Part shown: piece by piece, positions 44,921-54,341 of the stretch
How positions within the stretch are numbered: position 1 is the first letter of the stretch
Layout of the letters: every line of letters begins with the position of its first letter
DNA from: a virus
Length of the DNA stretch: 64,000 nucleotides
Virus record (IMG/VR): IMGVR_UViG_3300032242_002920
Span: 68,002 to 132,001 of that record
Strand: one strand, 5' to 3'
The notes under the pieces: model-generated
The model's database searches: none
What the model saw: only the letters and a program-made list of their open reading frames with translations
Told to the model about the DNA's origin: nothing
Made by a program: the position numbers and the translations under genes

Positions 44921-47369
44921 AGTAGCCACACACATTAATCCTGCAACTGGAGAACCATGCAGTTGCGGGTTTGGAAAATTCTCAGAACCAATTGAGCAGT
45001 CTATTGAAAAAACAGCAGGCACCAAACTTGATTGGATTCGAGAACGTGAAGACAAATTTTTTCAAACGGAAGAGGGTCAGCAGGCTTTTAAGCAATTAGA
45101 GGTTCTTGTCAACAGGGATGAGAATATCGACCCTTTAGCTCCGTGGCTGTGGAGGGAAATCAAAAAGGGGCGGTTAAAGATCACCCCTCGCCTTCTTGAT
45201 CCCACTCAGCCAGATAACCTTTCACATATTGCCGATTGGTATGCATCTAATTCACCCACTCGCCGTGGCGTGGACATTATGCAACTTAATTGGGAACAAG
45301 CTACCGATAAGGTTAAAGAATGGGACGATGAGCTTCAGTCTCAAATGGATGAACAGCAAGCGGCGGGTGGCACCGTTGTAGCCGATGCTGGCGATGGCTG
45401 GACCATTCGTCAAATTACTAACGGAGAGGAAGCCAAAGCTGAAGGCAACGCCATGGGTCACTGTGTTGGTGGCTATGGTGAGGCAATTGAATCCGGTCAA
45501 ACCTTAATTTATTCTCTTAGAGATGAAAAGAATAATCCTCATACTACGATTGAAATTCAACCAGCAGATAACAGTCATAATTTAGAAATTAAACACGCCA
45601 TGCAAGATCGCAACAGGGCCAGAAACGTAATGTTCAAAGATGCTGCAATTTTTGAAACGATGAAAAATGAACTTGCTGGAAATAAAGAAAAGATGGAGGC
45701 CTTTCTTGACAAAGTAGCAGAAATCCATCGCGTTGACCCAAGCCTTTTAAAAGATGCCTATATCGAGCATTTTTATGGCAAGGAGATGGAACCACTTCCG
45801 CCTCTATCCCCAGAGGGCGGCAGAGTAATTCAGATTCAAGGCAAAGGTAATCGCGTTCCAATTCCAGAATACCAAGAGCCAGTCGGCAATTGGCTCATGA
45901 GCATTGGCGATGGCGGACCAACATTAGAAAAAACTGTTGAACGTTATCATGTTAATGCCCCCAATACAGCAGAAGAATTCGCCATTTGTCTCAATCCTTG
46001 GGGCGGGTATTTAGACGCTGAATATGAAACCCAAACCGTTCAAGCGGAATCTTGGCAAGATTACTTTCGAGACTATGGTGACTTTGAGGAAGCTGAGGAA
46101 TTAACTAGGGATCCAATAACTCAAGAAAATTGGAATAATATTATTCAAGATTTAATTAAAGATCCTCGTCAGATGTGGTTTGTTAAAGAAAATGCTGCCG
46201 AATCTGGCGAAACGCAATTATTCAGCGAATTACTTGATGAGGTTGAAAGGTATGCTCAAGATACAGCCTATCCTCTTTTTACAAATTCTTATTATGATCC
46301 CAATAGCGGTGAATCAATTGCTGAGCAGTGGGACAATAGTCGCGAAGGTCGGGGAATTAACGAAATCCTAGATAGAAACTTCGCTAATGAGCAGGCAACT
46401 TATAGGCCTAGATCAGTGTTCCCAGATTCTAATCAAAATAAACTTTTTGGTTTGGGTGAAAACGCCAAAACACAAGAACTTGTAGATCTCGCACTTTCTA
46501 AAGACGATGTATTTACTTCTGACCCTGCTAATGCAGAAATTATTGAGAGAAGGATGCGTAATGCTTTGCCTAATGAGAACATGGTGCCTTGGCAGGATCC
46601 TAGAAATTATGATTATCAGCAGGGTCGATTTAGTAAAAGATTTAGGAACTGGCTTAAAAGAAAAACAAATATTCTTGATCCAATTAGCGATCAGCTAGAT
46701 CCCAGTGTATGGGACAATCCTATGTTACCCAAACCTTCTTTAAAACCAGAAATTGCAAATTGGATTACTCAATTTATTACGCAAACTTTTGCTCGCAATG
46801 GTTATACGCATATGGAAGATTGGATGTCTCTCGTACTTACAGGTAGCCTTACAACTTATCAATATTCGCTGCCATCCGATTGCGATATCTCTGTATTTGT
46901 TGACGCAGAGGTATTTCCCGAATGGTCAAGGGCTGAGATGATTGCAATTATGATGGATGAATGTGATGGAGTTCGTGTACCCGGTACCGCGCATCCGTTG
47001 CAATGCTACGTGGTTCCACAAGATTTCAGCAGAACTGATCTTTATAAACCCGGTCTTAGATCTGCTTACGACATCAATGCTGACTCATGGATTGTAGCTC
47101 CAGAAAAAGATAGAACCCACGATGTTACTCGTGAAATGAATGAGGCTTACACCATCGCCCTTGAGAATGCTGATAAAATGGAAAAGCTGATTCGTTATGA
47201 ACCAATTAAAGCAATTCAATTTTATAACCAAATGCATCGTCGCAGGAAGAGGGATATGGAAGCTGGACGAGGAGACTTTTCTCCTTCAAACATTAGTTAC
47301 AAGATGGTAGAAGAGCGTGGCCTAGCCAAACAAGTCAAGAGTTTGATGGAACAATACGGTGTCAATTAA
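44913..47369 (+). CDS. multidomain protein: PcfJ-like domain + C-terminal nucleotidyltransferase
   Basis: EGNAMGHCVGGY, IYSLRD..N.PH.TIE, QIQGKGN; LTGSLTTYQY...SDCDISV (Pol-beta GS..DxD). Confidence 0.65.
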   Translation: MRKVATHINPATGEPCSCGFGKFSEPIEQSIEKTAGTKLDWIREREDKFFQTEEGQQAFKQLEVLVNRDENIDPLAPWLWREIKKGRLKITPRLLDPTQPDNLSHIADWYASNSPTRRGVDIMQLNWEQATDKVKEWDDELQSQMDEQQAAGGTVVADAGDGWTIRQITNGEEAKAEGNAMGHCVGGYGEAIESGQTLIYSLRDEKNNPHTTIEIQPADNSHNLEIKHAMQDRNRARNVMFKDAAIFETMKNELAGNKEKMEAFLDKVAEIHRVDPSLLKDAYIEHFYGKEMEPLPPLSPEGGRVIQIQGKGNRVPIPEYQEPVGNWLMSIGDGGPTLEKTVERYHVNAPNTAEEFAICLNPWGGYLDAEYETQTVQAESWQDYFRDYGDFEEAEELTRDPITQENWNNIIQDLIKDPRQMWFVKENAAESGETQLFSELLDEVERYAQDTAYPLFTNSYYDPNSGESIAEQWDNSREGRGINEILDRNFANEQATYRPRSVFPDSNQNKLFGLGENAKTQELVDLALSKDDVFTSDPANAEIIERRMRNALPNENMVPWQDPRNYDYQQGRFSKRFRNWLKRKTNILDPISDQLDPSVWDNPMLPKPSLKPEIANWITQFITQTFARNGYTHMEDWMSLVLTGSLTTYQYSLPSDCDISVFVDAEVFPEWSRAEMIAIMMDECDGVRVPGTAHPLQCYVVPQDFSRTDLYKPGLRSAYDINADSWIVAPEKDRTHDVTREMNEAYTIALENADKMEKLIRYEPIKAIQFYNQMHRRRKRDMEAGRGDFSPSNISYKMVEERGLAKQVKSLMEQYGVN

Positions 47370-47958
47370 ATCACCATTTTTTGTTATTTCAGATACCCAC
47401 TTTGGGCATAAAAACATTATCAAATATTGCGACCGACCGCAATATCATGAAAAGTTAATGATTGCTAATTGGCGTAAGCGAGTTAAAAGGCATGATACGA
47501 TCCTTCATCTTGGTGATTTAATGATGGGAGGGAACGAATATTACAATGAATTCTGGTGTAATGTTGCGCCCTTACTTACCGGAAAAAAATATATTATTCT
47601 TGGTAATCACGATAAGCGCAGCTACGACTATGAAGCACTAGGATTTACGGTTATTAAACCTTTTTCAATAGAGTATCGCAAACACACAGTTTCTTTTGAT
47701 CACTATCCAAAACTTCTTAATGACGAGGATAATAAAACTCTTCATGTTCACGGTCATATTCATAATCACGCTTATTCTCGCAACGAAGTCAATCGTTGGG
47801 GAAATATCAATGTATCAGTTGAAGTCACAAATTATCAACCTAGATTAATTTCAAGACTTTTAAATAAAGAAATAACCAAACGCAATATCTTATTAAAAGC
47901 TGCAAATTTTGACAAAGACCGTTGGCAGCAGACAAATACCCCGAAACGAGCCGCTTAA
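47359..47958 (+). CDS. calcineurin-like phosphoesterase
   Basis: SDTHFGH, HLGD, GNHD, HYP, HGHIH, NVSVE. Confidence 0.88.
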   Translation: MSIKSPFFVISDTHFGHKNIIKYCDRPQYHEKLMIANWRKRVKRHDTILHLGDLMMGGNEYYNEFWCNVAPLLTGKKYIILGNHDKRSYDYEALGFTVIKPFSIEYRKHTVSFDHYPKLLNDEDNKTLHVHGHIHNHAYSRNEVNRWGNINVSVEVTNYQPRLISRLLNKEITKRNILLKAANFDKDRWQQTNTPKRAA

Positions 47959-47964
47959 TTAGTG

Positions 47965-49437
47965 ATGAGTGATAACATTTCTTATATCAAGAAGATTCTA
48001 AGCTCCATAAAACCGCTTCCTGCGCGTAAACAACGCATAGGTACCTCTGAGGTCGCATGGTGGGAGGGAAAGCCCGGAGATGCCGTTATAATCGCTCTGG
48101 GAGGAAGTGTAGAGGATAGGGTTCTTGCTGAAAAGGTTGTCGCCGCTCAATTAGAAGGATTTGGGTATAAAAGAGCAGGATTTTATTTTGCAGACATTGA
48201 TCCTACTGATATTCTTGATAAAGAGAGAAGCGAATCTGATCAACAGTTTAGCGACGAAGATGATAATCTTAATGCCAAGCAACACGATAGAACAATTCAA
48301 CGACAAGATAACTGGAATGATCTTGTTGACAAAGCAAAAAGAATTGTGAATTCTGGTAATGTTACGCTTATTAGAAACAGCAACGAGTATGTTGTTGGTC
48401 GCGTTCAAGGAGATCATGGAAATTATGAGTCCGAGATTACCCGACAGGATCCAGAGTCACAAGTAATTACGGGTTGGCATTGCACCTGTCCGTGGAATCA
48501 GTACGCATGGCAAAGAACCCGCCAGTGGAAGGTATATGAAGGTCGCCCCTGTTCCCACGTTCTTGCTCTTTATTATGTTGCAAAGCAAGCTCCTAGCGAA
48601 AAAGAAGAAGAATTTGTATCAAGACCACCAGATCTTCAAGGGCCGCCAAAGGCTCCCGCTCCCGTTGGAGAACCAAGTCCTTTTGCTGCGCCAACGCAAG
48701 ACGCATTTCCCGGTGGGGTCGTACCTTCGGTTCCAGAAGGTCCAAGAGGACTTCAGCAGCTTACGCCATTTAAACCAGAAGATGTTGGCGCAATGGATCC
48801 CAATGAAATTCTTGAACAAAGACTTGGCCCGTTGGCACCGCAAATGCCACAGTATCCTCAAACTGAGCTTACGCCAGAGGAACAACAATACCTTGGCTTA
48901 CAACCTCCACAAAAAATTCAAACGCCACCGTTAGAGTTATTAAAAGAACAACAGAGATTGAATCAACCACCTGCTAAGCCGGGTGAATCCCCTTACGGTC
49001 AAGCGTCTCCTCCCGGAACTGTATCCGTTCCCGGCATCCGTCAACCAAACGAAAGAAATCCATTTGGTAGCATTTGGTCAAATGTATATAATGGTCACAG
49101 ACTTGCAGCTACTCCCGGCTGGTACAGGTACAAATCTGGCGATTCAATTACTTTAGCAGAGTCGGCCATTGGTATTGCTGAAGGGCCAATTAACGCAGAA
49201 GGAGTTGGAGCGTATCAAGAAATTCCAGCAGGATCGGTTGGTGAGGTGCAGGATCAAGATCCAACGCTTGGTTTTGTTGAAGCAATTTTTCCATTGTCGG
49301 GTGGAGCAAAAACTCCCACTCACGTAAGGTGCTTTTTAGAATCAACTGATATTGTGCCGCCAAGCACAAAAAATAGACCTAATGATGAAACAGAGCGCCG
49401 CGACCCAGACAAGAAGCAAAGGCCGTTTGGAACCTAA
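47965..49437 (+). CDS. SWIM zinc-finger protein with Pro/Gln-rich region
   Basis: VQGDHGNY...WHCTCPW...GRPCSHVLA. Confidence 0.62.
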   Translation: MSDNISYIKKILSSIKPLPARKQRIGTSEVAWWEGKPGDAVIIALGGSVEDRVLAEKVVAAQLEGFGYKRAGFYFADIDPTDILDKERSESDQQFSDEDDNLNAKQHDRTIQRQDNWNDLVDKAKRIVNSGNVTLIRNSNEYVVGRVQGDHGNYESEITRQDPESQVITGWHCTCPWNQYAWQRTRQWKVYEGRPCSHVLALYYVAKQAPSEKEEEFVSRPPDLQGPPKAPAPVGEPSPFAAPTQDAFPGGVVPSVPEGPRGLQQLTPFKPEDVGAMDPNEILEQRLGPLAPQMPQYPQTELTPEEQQYLGLQPPQKIQTPPLELLKEQQRLNQPPAKPGESPYGQASPPGTVSVPGIRQPNERNPFGSIWSNVYNGHRLAATPGWYRYKSGDSITLAESAIGIAEGPINAEGVGAYQEIPAGSVGEVQDQDPTLGFVEAIFPLSGGAKTPTHVRCFLESTDIVPPSTKNRPNDETERRDPDKKQRPFGT

Positions 49438-49580
49438 AATTCCGCGTCTTTGAGAGGCTTGTCAACAACGTAACCTTTGACAAGCATCCAAAACTCAACT
49501 TCATCGCGAATTAAACCATAGACGACTCTAAGTGGCAGCATTGCCCAAAACAACGCTTCTGAAAACTTAGAGTTCTCCAT
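49434..49580 (-). CDS. small hypothetical protein (48 aa, not in track)
   Basis: MENSKFSEALFWAMLPLR...DAEF*, overlapping stop of the large gene. Confidence 0.35.
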   Translation of the reverse strand: MENSKFSEALFWAMLPLRVVYGLIRDEVEFWMLVKGYVVDKPLKDAEF

Positions 49581-52500
49581 TTACATATTTAGCCTGTGCT
49601 TTGCTCATTTTATGAGCGGGTAAATCCCAAGCAACGGCTTTTTCTTCTACAGTAAGTTTACCTAGGTACATTTGACCAGATGAGTCTTGAAGAACCCTTT
49701 GCTCTCCGGGGCCAACGGTAATTGGAGTTTGCTCCTTGCCAGTTCCCTTGCAAACTGGGCAAGGTCGCTCATCTTCGGACTCTTGACCAAAGAAGCTGTT
49801 GGGTATTAAACCAGTTCCCTTGCAACGTTCACATGGCTGATCAATATCTTCTGTAGCAACATCTCGATATCTTGGATCTTGACTAACTGGAAGATATGCC
49901 GGTCTTGCATATCCGTTTTCACTTACAGCGGGTTCGCCCGTCTTAGTTTTAAGCTCACTCCATTGAGGCATAAATGACCACGGGTTTTCAAGTTCTTTTT
50001 TGTGCTTTTCCATGTACGCTTCTTGCTGAGTGCCACCGCCCAGATATCGCGGTTCTTCAAGCTGTCCGGTTTGAGGATTAGTGTGCATACCCTTCCATTG
50101 ACGATAATAATCAAACATTGCAGGTTCTGGATGAACTTCTACTAATTCGCCCCCTGCATCATATTCTTCTGCTTCCCAATCATTGATATATTGATCAGCT
50201 TCTTGCGCAAATTGGTTCATTGACCAACTGCCCTGCATAATTGTAGAAAAGAAATCATCCGCATCATTTTCACCGGGTTGATAGTGACCAAAAAGGTCTT
50301 CAACAATAGTTTGCCAATCCGGATCGCCTTCTATAATTTGCACATCTTCTGAAAGTGTAGCGCCTTCATCTGCTGCCATATCGCCAGCTAACTGCCATTT
50401 ACCATCGCCGTCTTCATGATATTGATAAACGTAGTCCTCGACGCTATCTACGCTAGGAAGTTGAACTTCATCCCATACTTCCCCTTCTTCTTCTTCTCCT
50501 TCAAGCGACTGTTCGCTTCCCGATCCGCCATCGTCATCGTCATGGTTGGTAGCGGCATTAAATTCGGTTACAAGACCTCTAAACATTTCGTAAGAGTCGT
50601 TTGACTTACCTTGAACATGGGCAAGCGTTCCATCTGGATTATAATGCCAAGTCAGTTTGGGAATGCCGTATTCATCACGCAAAGAAAATGCTTCAATATT
50701 TCCTTCTTCAATATTGTAAGCATAATTTTGCTCATCAGATCCGATACAATGACCAAGCACTTCGGTTTCTTCTTCGGCTTCCTCTCGGTTGGTAATTTGT
50801 TTTACTGACCAACCTTTATATTTAGGATCTTGAATTTGATAAACAACGTCCTCGTCCTTAGTATCTGCAAATCTTCTTTTCAGTTGCTCTATTTCTTCTA
50901 ACTCTCTAATATATTTTTGATGCTCTCTTGAACTGTTTGTTACTTCAGGAGGAGTCATTTTCATAATATCTTTGCCTTCGCGGGCAGGAGCATTTGTAGC
51001 ATTAAACCAGTCTGACCAAGTGTTCCATGGAATGTTACTGTAAAAAGTATAAGGAATATTTATAGAATAATCAATTGGAATATCTGCGGGAAACTCATCT
51101 ACAAGTTTTTGAATAAATCGCATGGCATGAAGACTATTACTAATATCAACTAAAGGATTGTCTCTATATTGCTCACGAAGGGCATCTGCTACATCTCGAT
51201 TTTCTTCAGACACAAAAACATGAGCATCGGGCCTTGCCGCAATAATGCTTTGGATGGTTGCTGGGTCTAAGTTACCATCTCCATAGTTGTTAACATAAAT
51301 AATTTTAACATCTGGATTATCAATCTCGCCGGTTACAAATTTGTAACCATTTTTACCATAAGATTCTTGAACGCCACCTAGATCGGTCATACCTTCAACA
51401 TCAATTGGCAGAGCCGCTCTCTTTGAAAGAATTGTTTTTACTTCTTCAGGTGTTTCGTAATAAGAATCAAGCTGACCCATATCTGCAACAGATCCGTCAT
51501 CATTTACGAATGGTTTAATCCAACCAGTTTTTAATTGTTTTACAATCCATGGAACCATGCCTTCAATTCCGGGATATTCACCTTGACCAAATTCGCCTCG
51601 TTCATTAATTCCATGGCCTGAAATAAGTTTGTGCAAGTAATCAAGAATAGCTTGACCTTGTTCGCCGCGCAAGTGTTTTTGATCTTGATTCTTTACTTTA
51701 CGAACGGCCTGTGATGCAACGCGACCAAGAGCAGGACTGTTATTACTTTGACCATAATGACAGTTACACTCTTGTCCTGTGTAAGGATGAAAGTGAGTAG
51801 CAAAACCGAGGTAATGCTTGGCTACTTTTGTTTTAGCAATAACATTTTGATTTTTTGGAACTATGATATTGTCATTTATTAAATTAGCAATTAGCATTTC
51901 TGCGGGAATATTTTGAGAATAAAGCGTTGTTACCGGGCCATATGGTCCCCATCGATTGTTTGTTAAAGGGTGATGATGATCCGCAGATTGCATAATGTTT
52001 TTAATTGCTGCGCGAAGAGGTAGCTTAATATCTGAATTTAATTGATATCCTGCGTTTGAAATTAAATTGTTTGTAAAAGCTATATCATAATCTTGAATTG
52101 CTTTTAATTTGGGTCTACTTAATCCACTCCAATCACTAGCTCTAGTGGGAACAAAATTAGGATAAGGCGCTGTGTCAGCATATGCCTCTGATTGAGGAAA
52201 TGGTTTATATCGCCCCCTATTAGCGCCCATTCCAGAACTTCCAAACGGATATCCATATTCGGGAGACTGCACAATTTTTGTACCATGTTCATTAATGTAT
52301 GAGCGTTCCTCTTCGGGCGTAATTCCGTAAGGAGTGTATTTAGATGTTTTTAAACGATAATCAATTTTAGATAAATCTAAAATAAGGTCAGCGGGTACAT
52401 CTTCGCTAAAGAAAGCAAGGGTTCCATCTTCATAAATATCAAATGGAGTGCCTTCAACAAAATCTTGAATGGAGTGAGACTCAGGTAACTTGGTGTTAGT

Positions 52501-53535
52501 TAGGTACTCATACATATCTGGATGCTGAGGCTCGCCTTTATTATTAACAGGCCAAGTAATAAGTTTACCATCATTAAGCATAAGGCCGCGACCCTTGCCA
52601 CCCTTAACCCAAGAAAGGGTATGAGATACTTTTGGCTCAATGCCAGCAAGGTGCAACTTAAGTTCTTCAGCAGCAGAGAGTGGGGTCATATCCCATGCTT
52701 GTTTTGCAAAGTATGATGATGCGTCTGGCGCAGTTTGAACGGGACTTACTTGACCGGACGCTCCAGTTTGAGTATTAAATTGTTGAGGCAGTCCTTGACC
52801 TACGGCCATGCGATCAGTAAGGTATTGATACTCTTGCTGATGTTTAGTTGGATCTAAGTAATGCCAAAACCATTGTTGAAATTCAGGATCTGTATCCATA
52901 TGTTGAACGAGTAACCACGCTTTATTAACGGCCTTTGGATCCTGCATAATTTCATTAATGTTTTGTTTAATATACTGTTTAGATTGTTCGCTTCGACCAG
53001 AAGAAATGTCGTTGAACACGTCGTTTTCAGTACCCTTACCATCGGCAATCCATTGTTGTTTAACTTTTTGCCAGTCGCCATTATTTTGATTAATAAGATC
53101 TTGATATTCAAGCCTAGGAGCTTGATCTGCATCATAAAAATTTTGTAAACCTAGTGCATGATCTGTATTGCTTAATCTATTGACTTTGATATCGTCCCTT
53201 CCATCATAAAGCCTGTTGTCTTTACGATGAAGGAAATCAATTACTGCTTCTTCTGAACGGTTGGTTCGGTTTTGAAAACCCTTTCCCCCATCGTGAATTC
53301 CCCCTGTTGGGCTAATATAAAATCTAAATACGATAGGAGTGGTGGGCCGCTCTTTGCGATACTCGCGGTCGATATCCTGAGTATCTTCTGGGCCGATCTT
53401 CCAAGTTTTAATATTAAAATCTAAAAGATTAAACGAATCCGGAGTATTCGTTTTAGCATAAATATAACCGGCTCCAATACTTCCCGGAGACCAGTTGTGA
53501 GTGTCTGTTGAAGTTCTAAAAAGAAAATCCCACAT
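49567..53535 (-). CDS. 1322-aa multidomain protein (DUF6624-like, PcfJ-like, DnaJ-type Zn finger)
   Basis: AWLLVQH.D...YLTDR...PQ.F.TQ; EVLGHCIG, FSLRD, VQGKSN; CERCKGTG/CPVCKGTG. Confidence 0.62.
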   Translation of the reverse strand: MWDFLFRTSTDTHNWSPGSIGAGYIYAKTNTPDSFNLLDFNIKTWKIGPEDTQDIDREYRKERPTTPIVFRFYISPTGGIHDGGKGFQNRTNRSEEAVIDFLHRKDNRLYDGRDDIKVNRLSNTDHALGLQNFYDADQAPRLEYQDLINQNNGDWQKVKQQWIADGKGTENDVFNDISSGRSEQSKQYIKQNINEIMQDPKAVNKAWLLVQHMDTDPEFQQWFWHYLDPTKHQQEYQYLTDRMAVGQGLPQQFNTQTGASGQVSPVQTAPDASSYFAKQAWDMTPLSAAEELKLHLAGIEPKVSHTLSWVKGGKGRGLMLNDGKLITWPVNNKGEPQHPDMYEYLTNTKLPESHSIQDFVEGTPFDIYEDGTLAFFSEDVPADLILDLSKIDYRLKTSKYTPYGITPEEERSYINEHGTKIVQSPEYGYPFGSSGMGANRGRYKPFPQSEAYADTAPYPNFVPTRASDWSGLSRPKLKAIQDYDIAFTNNLISNAGYQLNSDIKLPLRAAIKNIMQSADHHHPLTNNRWGPYGPVTTLYSQNIPAEMLIANLINDNIIVPKNQNVIAKTKVAKHYLGFATHFHPYTGQECNCHYGQSNNSPALGRVASQAVRKVKNQDQKHLRGEQGQAILDYLHKLISGHGINERGEFGQGEYPGIEGMVPWIVKQLKTGWIKPFVNDDGSVADMGQLDSYYETPEEVKTILSKRAALPIDVEGMTDLGGVQESYGKNGYKFVTGEIDNPDVKIIYVNNYGDGNLDPATIQSIIAARPDAHVFVSEENRDVADALREQYRDNPLVDISNSLHAMRFIQKLVDEFPADIPIDYSINIPYTFYSNIPWNTWSDWFNATNAPAREGKDIMKMTPPEVTNSSREHQKYIRELEEIEQLKRRFADTKDEDVVYQIQDPKYKGWSVKQITNREEAEEETEVLGHCIGSDEQNYAYNIEEGNIEAFSLRDEYGIPKLTWHYNPDGTLAHVQGKSNDSYEMFRGLVTEFNAATNHDDDDGGSGSEQSLEGEEEEGEVWDEVQLPSVDSVEDYVYQYHEDGDGKWQLAGDMAADEGATLSEDVQIIEGDPDWQTIVEDLFGHYQPGENDADDFFSTIMQGSWSMNQFAQEADQYINDWEAEEYDAGGELVEVHPEPAMFDYYRQWKGMHTNPQTGQLEEPRYLGGGTQQEAYMEKHKKELENPWSFMPQWSELKTKTGEPAVSENGYARPAYLPVSQDPRYRDVATEDIDQPCERCKGTGLIPNSFFGQESEDERPCPVCKGTGKEQTPITVGPGEQRVLQDSSGQMYLGKLTVEEKAVAWDLPAHKMSKAQAKYVNGEL

Positions 53536-53963
53536 TACTTATTCTGGCTTTCAAGAGCATCAATTCTATTTTGGATGCCCTCAAGAGCCACAACAATCTT
53601 ATCAAGAACATCCTCTTGACGCTCAAACATTTTAATAAGTCGTTCACCGAGCGCAGGAGCAGCAAAGTTTTCCAAATGTCGGTATTTGCTTTCCCAATCC
53701 CTAAGTTCATCGGTGAGAGACGTATTTTTTGTTTTAACATCGGCCAATTGATCTTCAACGGCCTTCAATCGATCTTCAATGGCTTCAATGGTTTGCTGAT
53801 TTGTTTCGATAACTGCGTCTTTTGCAGCTAATTGTGCTTTAACATTATTATGTCTAAAAAAATTAATGAACCCAAATACAGCAAATCCCGCACCAATTAT
53901 TTCAATAATAAAAACTGGCACGGAAACATTAAAAACTTGTTGAATCAAAGAAGCTATTAACAT
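53535..53963 (-). CDS. membrane-anchored coiled-coil protein
   Basis: N-terminal TM helix followed by long heptad repeat. Confidence 0.6.
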   Translation of the reverse strand: MLIASLIQQVFNVSVPVFIIEIIGAGFAVFGFINFFRHNNVKAQLAAKDAVIETNQQTIEAIEDRLKAVEDQLADVKTKNTSLTDELRDWESKYRHLENFAAPALGERLIKMFERQEDVLDKIVVALEGIQNRIDALESQNK

Positions 53964-53991
53964 AGGTATCTACTATTTATGGTTCGGAAGC

Positions 53992-54147
53992 TCAGTCATT
54001 ATCGCGCAGCCACGGAAAATCGTGCCAATCGTTTCTCATTAAGGCAATTCCACCAGCAAACATAACAAATCCAACTGCGCCATGATGAATTCTTTTTCCT
54101 AGAATCCAAACTCTTTTAAGATTTTTATCGTAGCAAAAGAGTTTCAT
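53992..54147 (-). CDS. small membrane protein (51 aa, not in track)
   Basis: MKLFCYDK..RIHHGAVGFVMFAGGIALM.NDWHDFPW. Confidence 0.45.
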   Translation of the reverse strand: MKLFCYDKNLKRVWILGKRIHHGAVGFVMFAGGIALMRNDWHDFPWLRDND

Positions 54148-54272
54148 AGTATTTATTAAATAATTGTTATCTAAAATATTAAAGCTGATGTCAAACCAGA
54201 TTGTTACTATTCAATTGTTAGTTCTGTGCTACAATAAGCAAATGCCTTTGAAAACAAGGGGCAAACTTTTAC

Positions 54273-54301
54273 TTGACAATTAGATATCAATTTGGTAGTC
54301 T
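54273..54301 (+). promoter_or_regulatory. sigma70 promoter for DUF932 gene
   Basis: TTGACA-17-TAGTCT with TG extended -10. Confidence 0.65.
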
Positions 54302-54341
54302 TATAAAAGTTCGTGTTAAATCAACAGTAAGGAGAAGTAAA

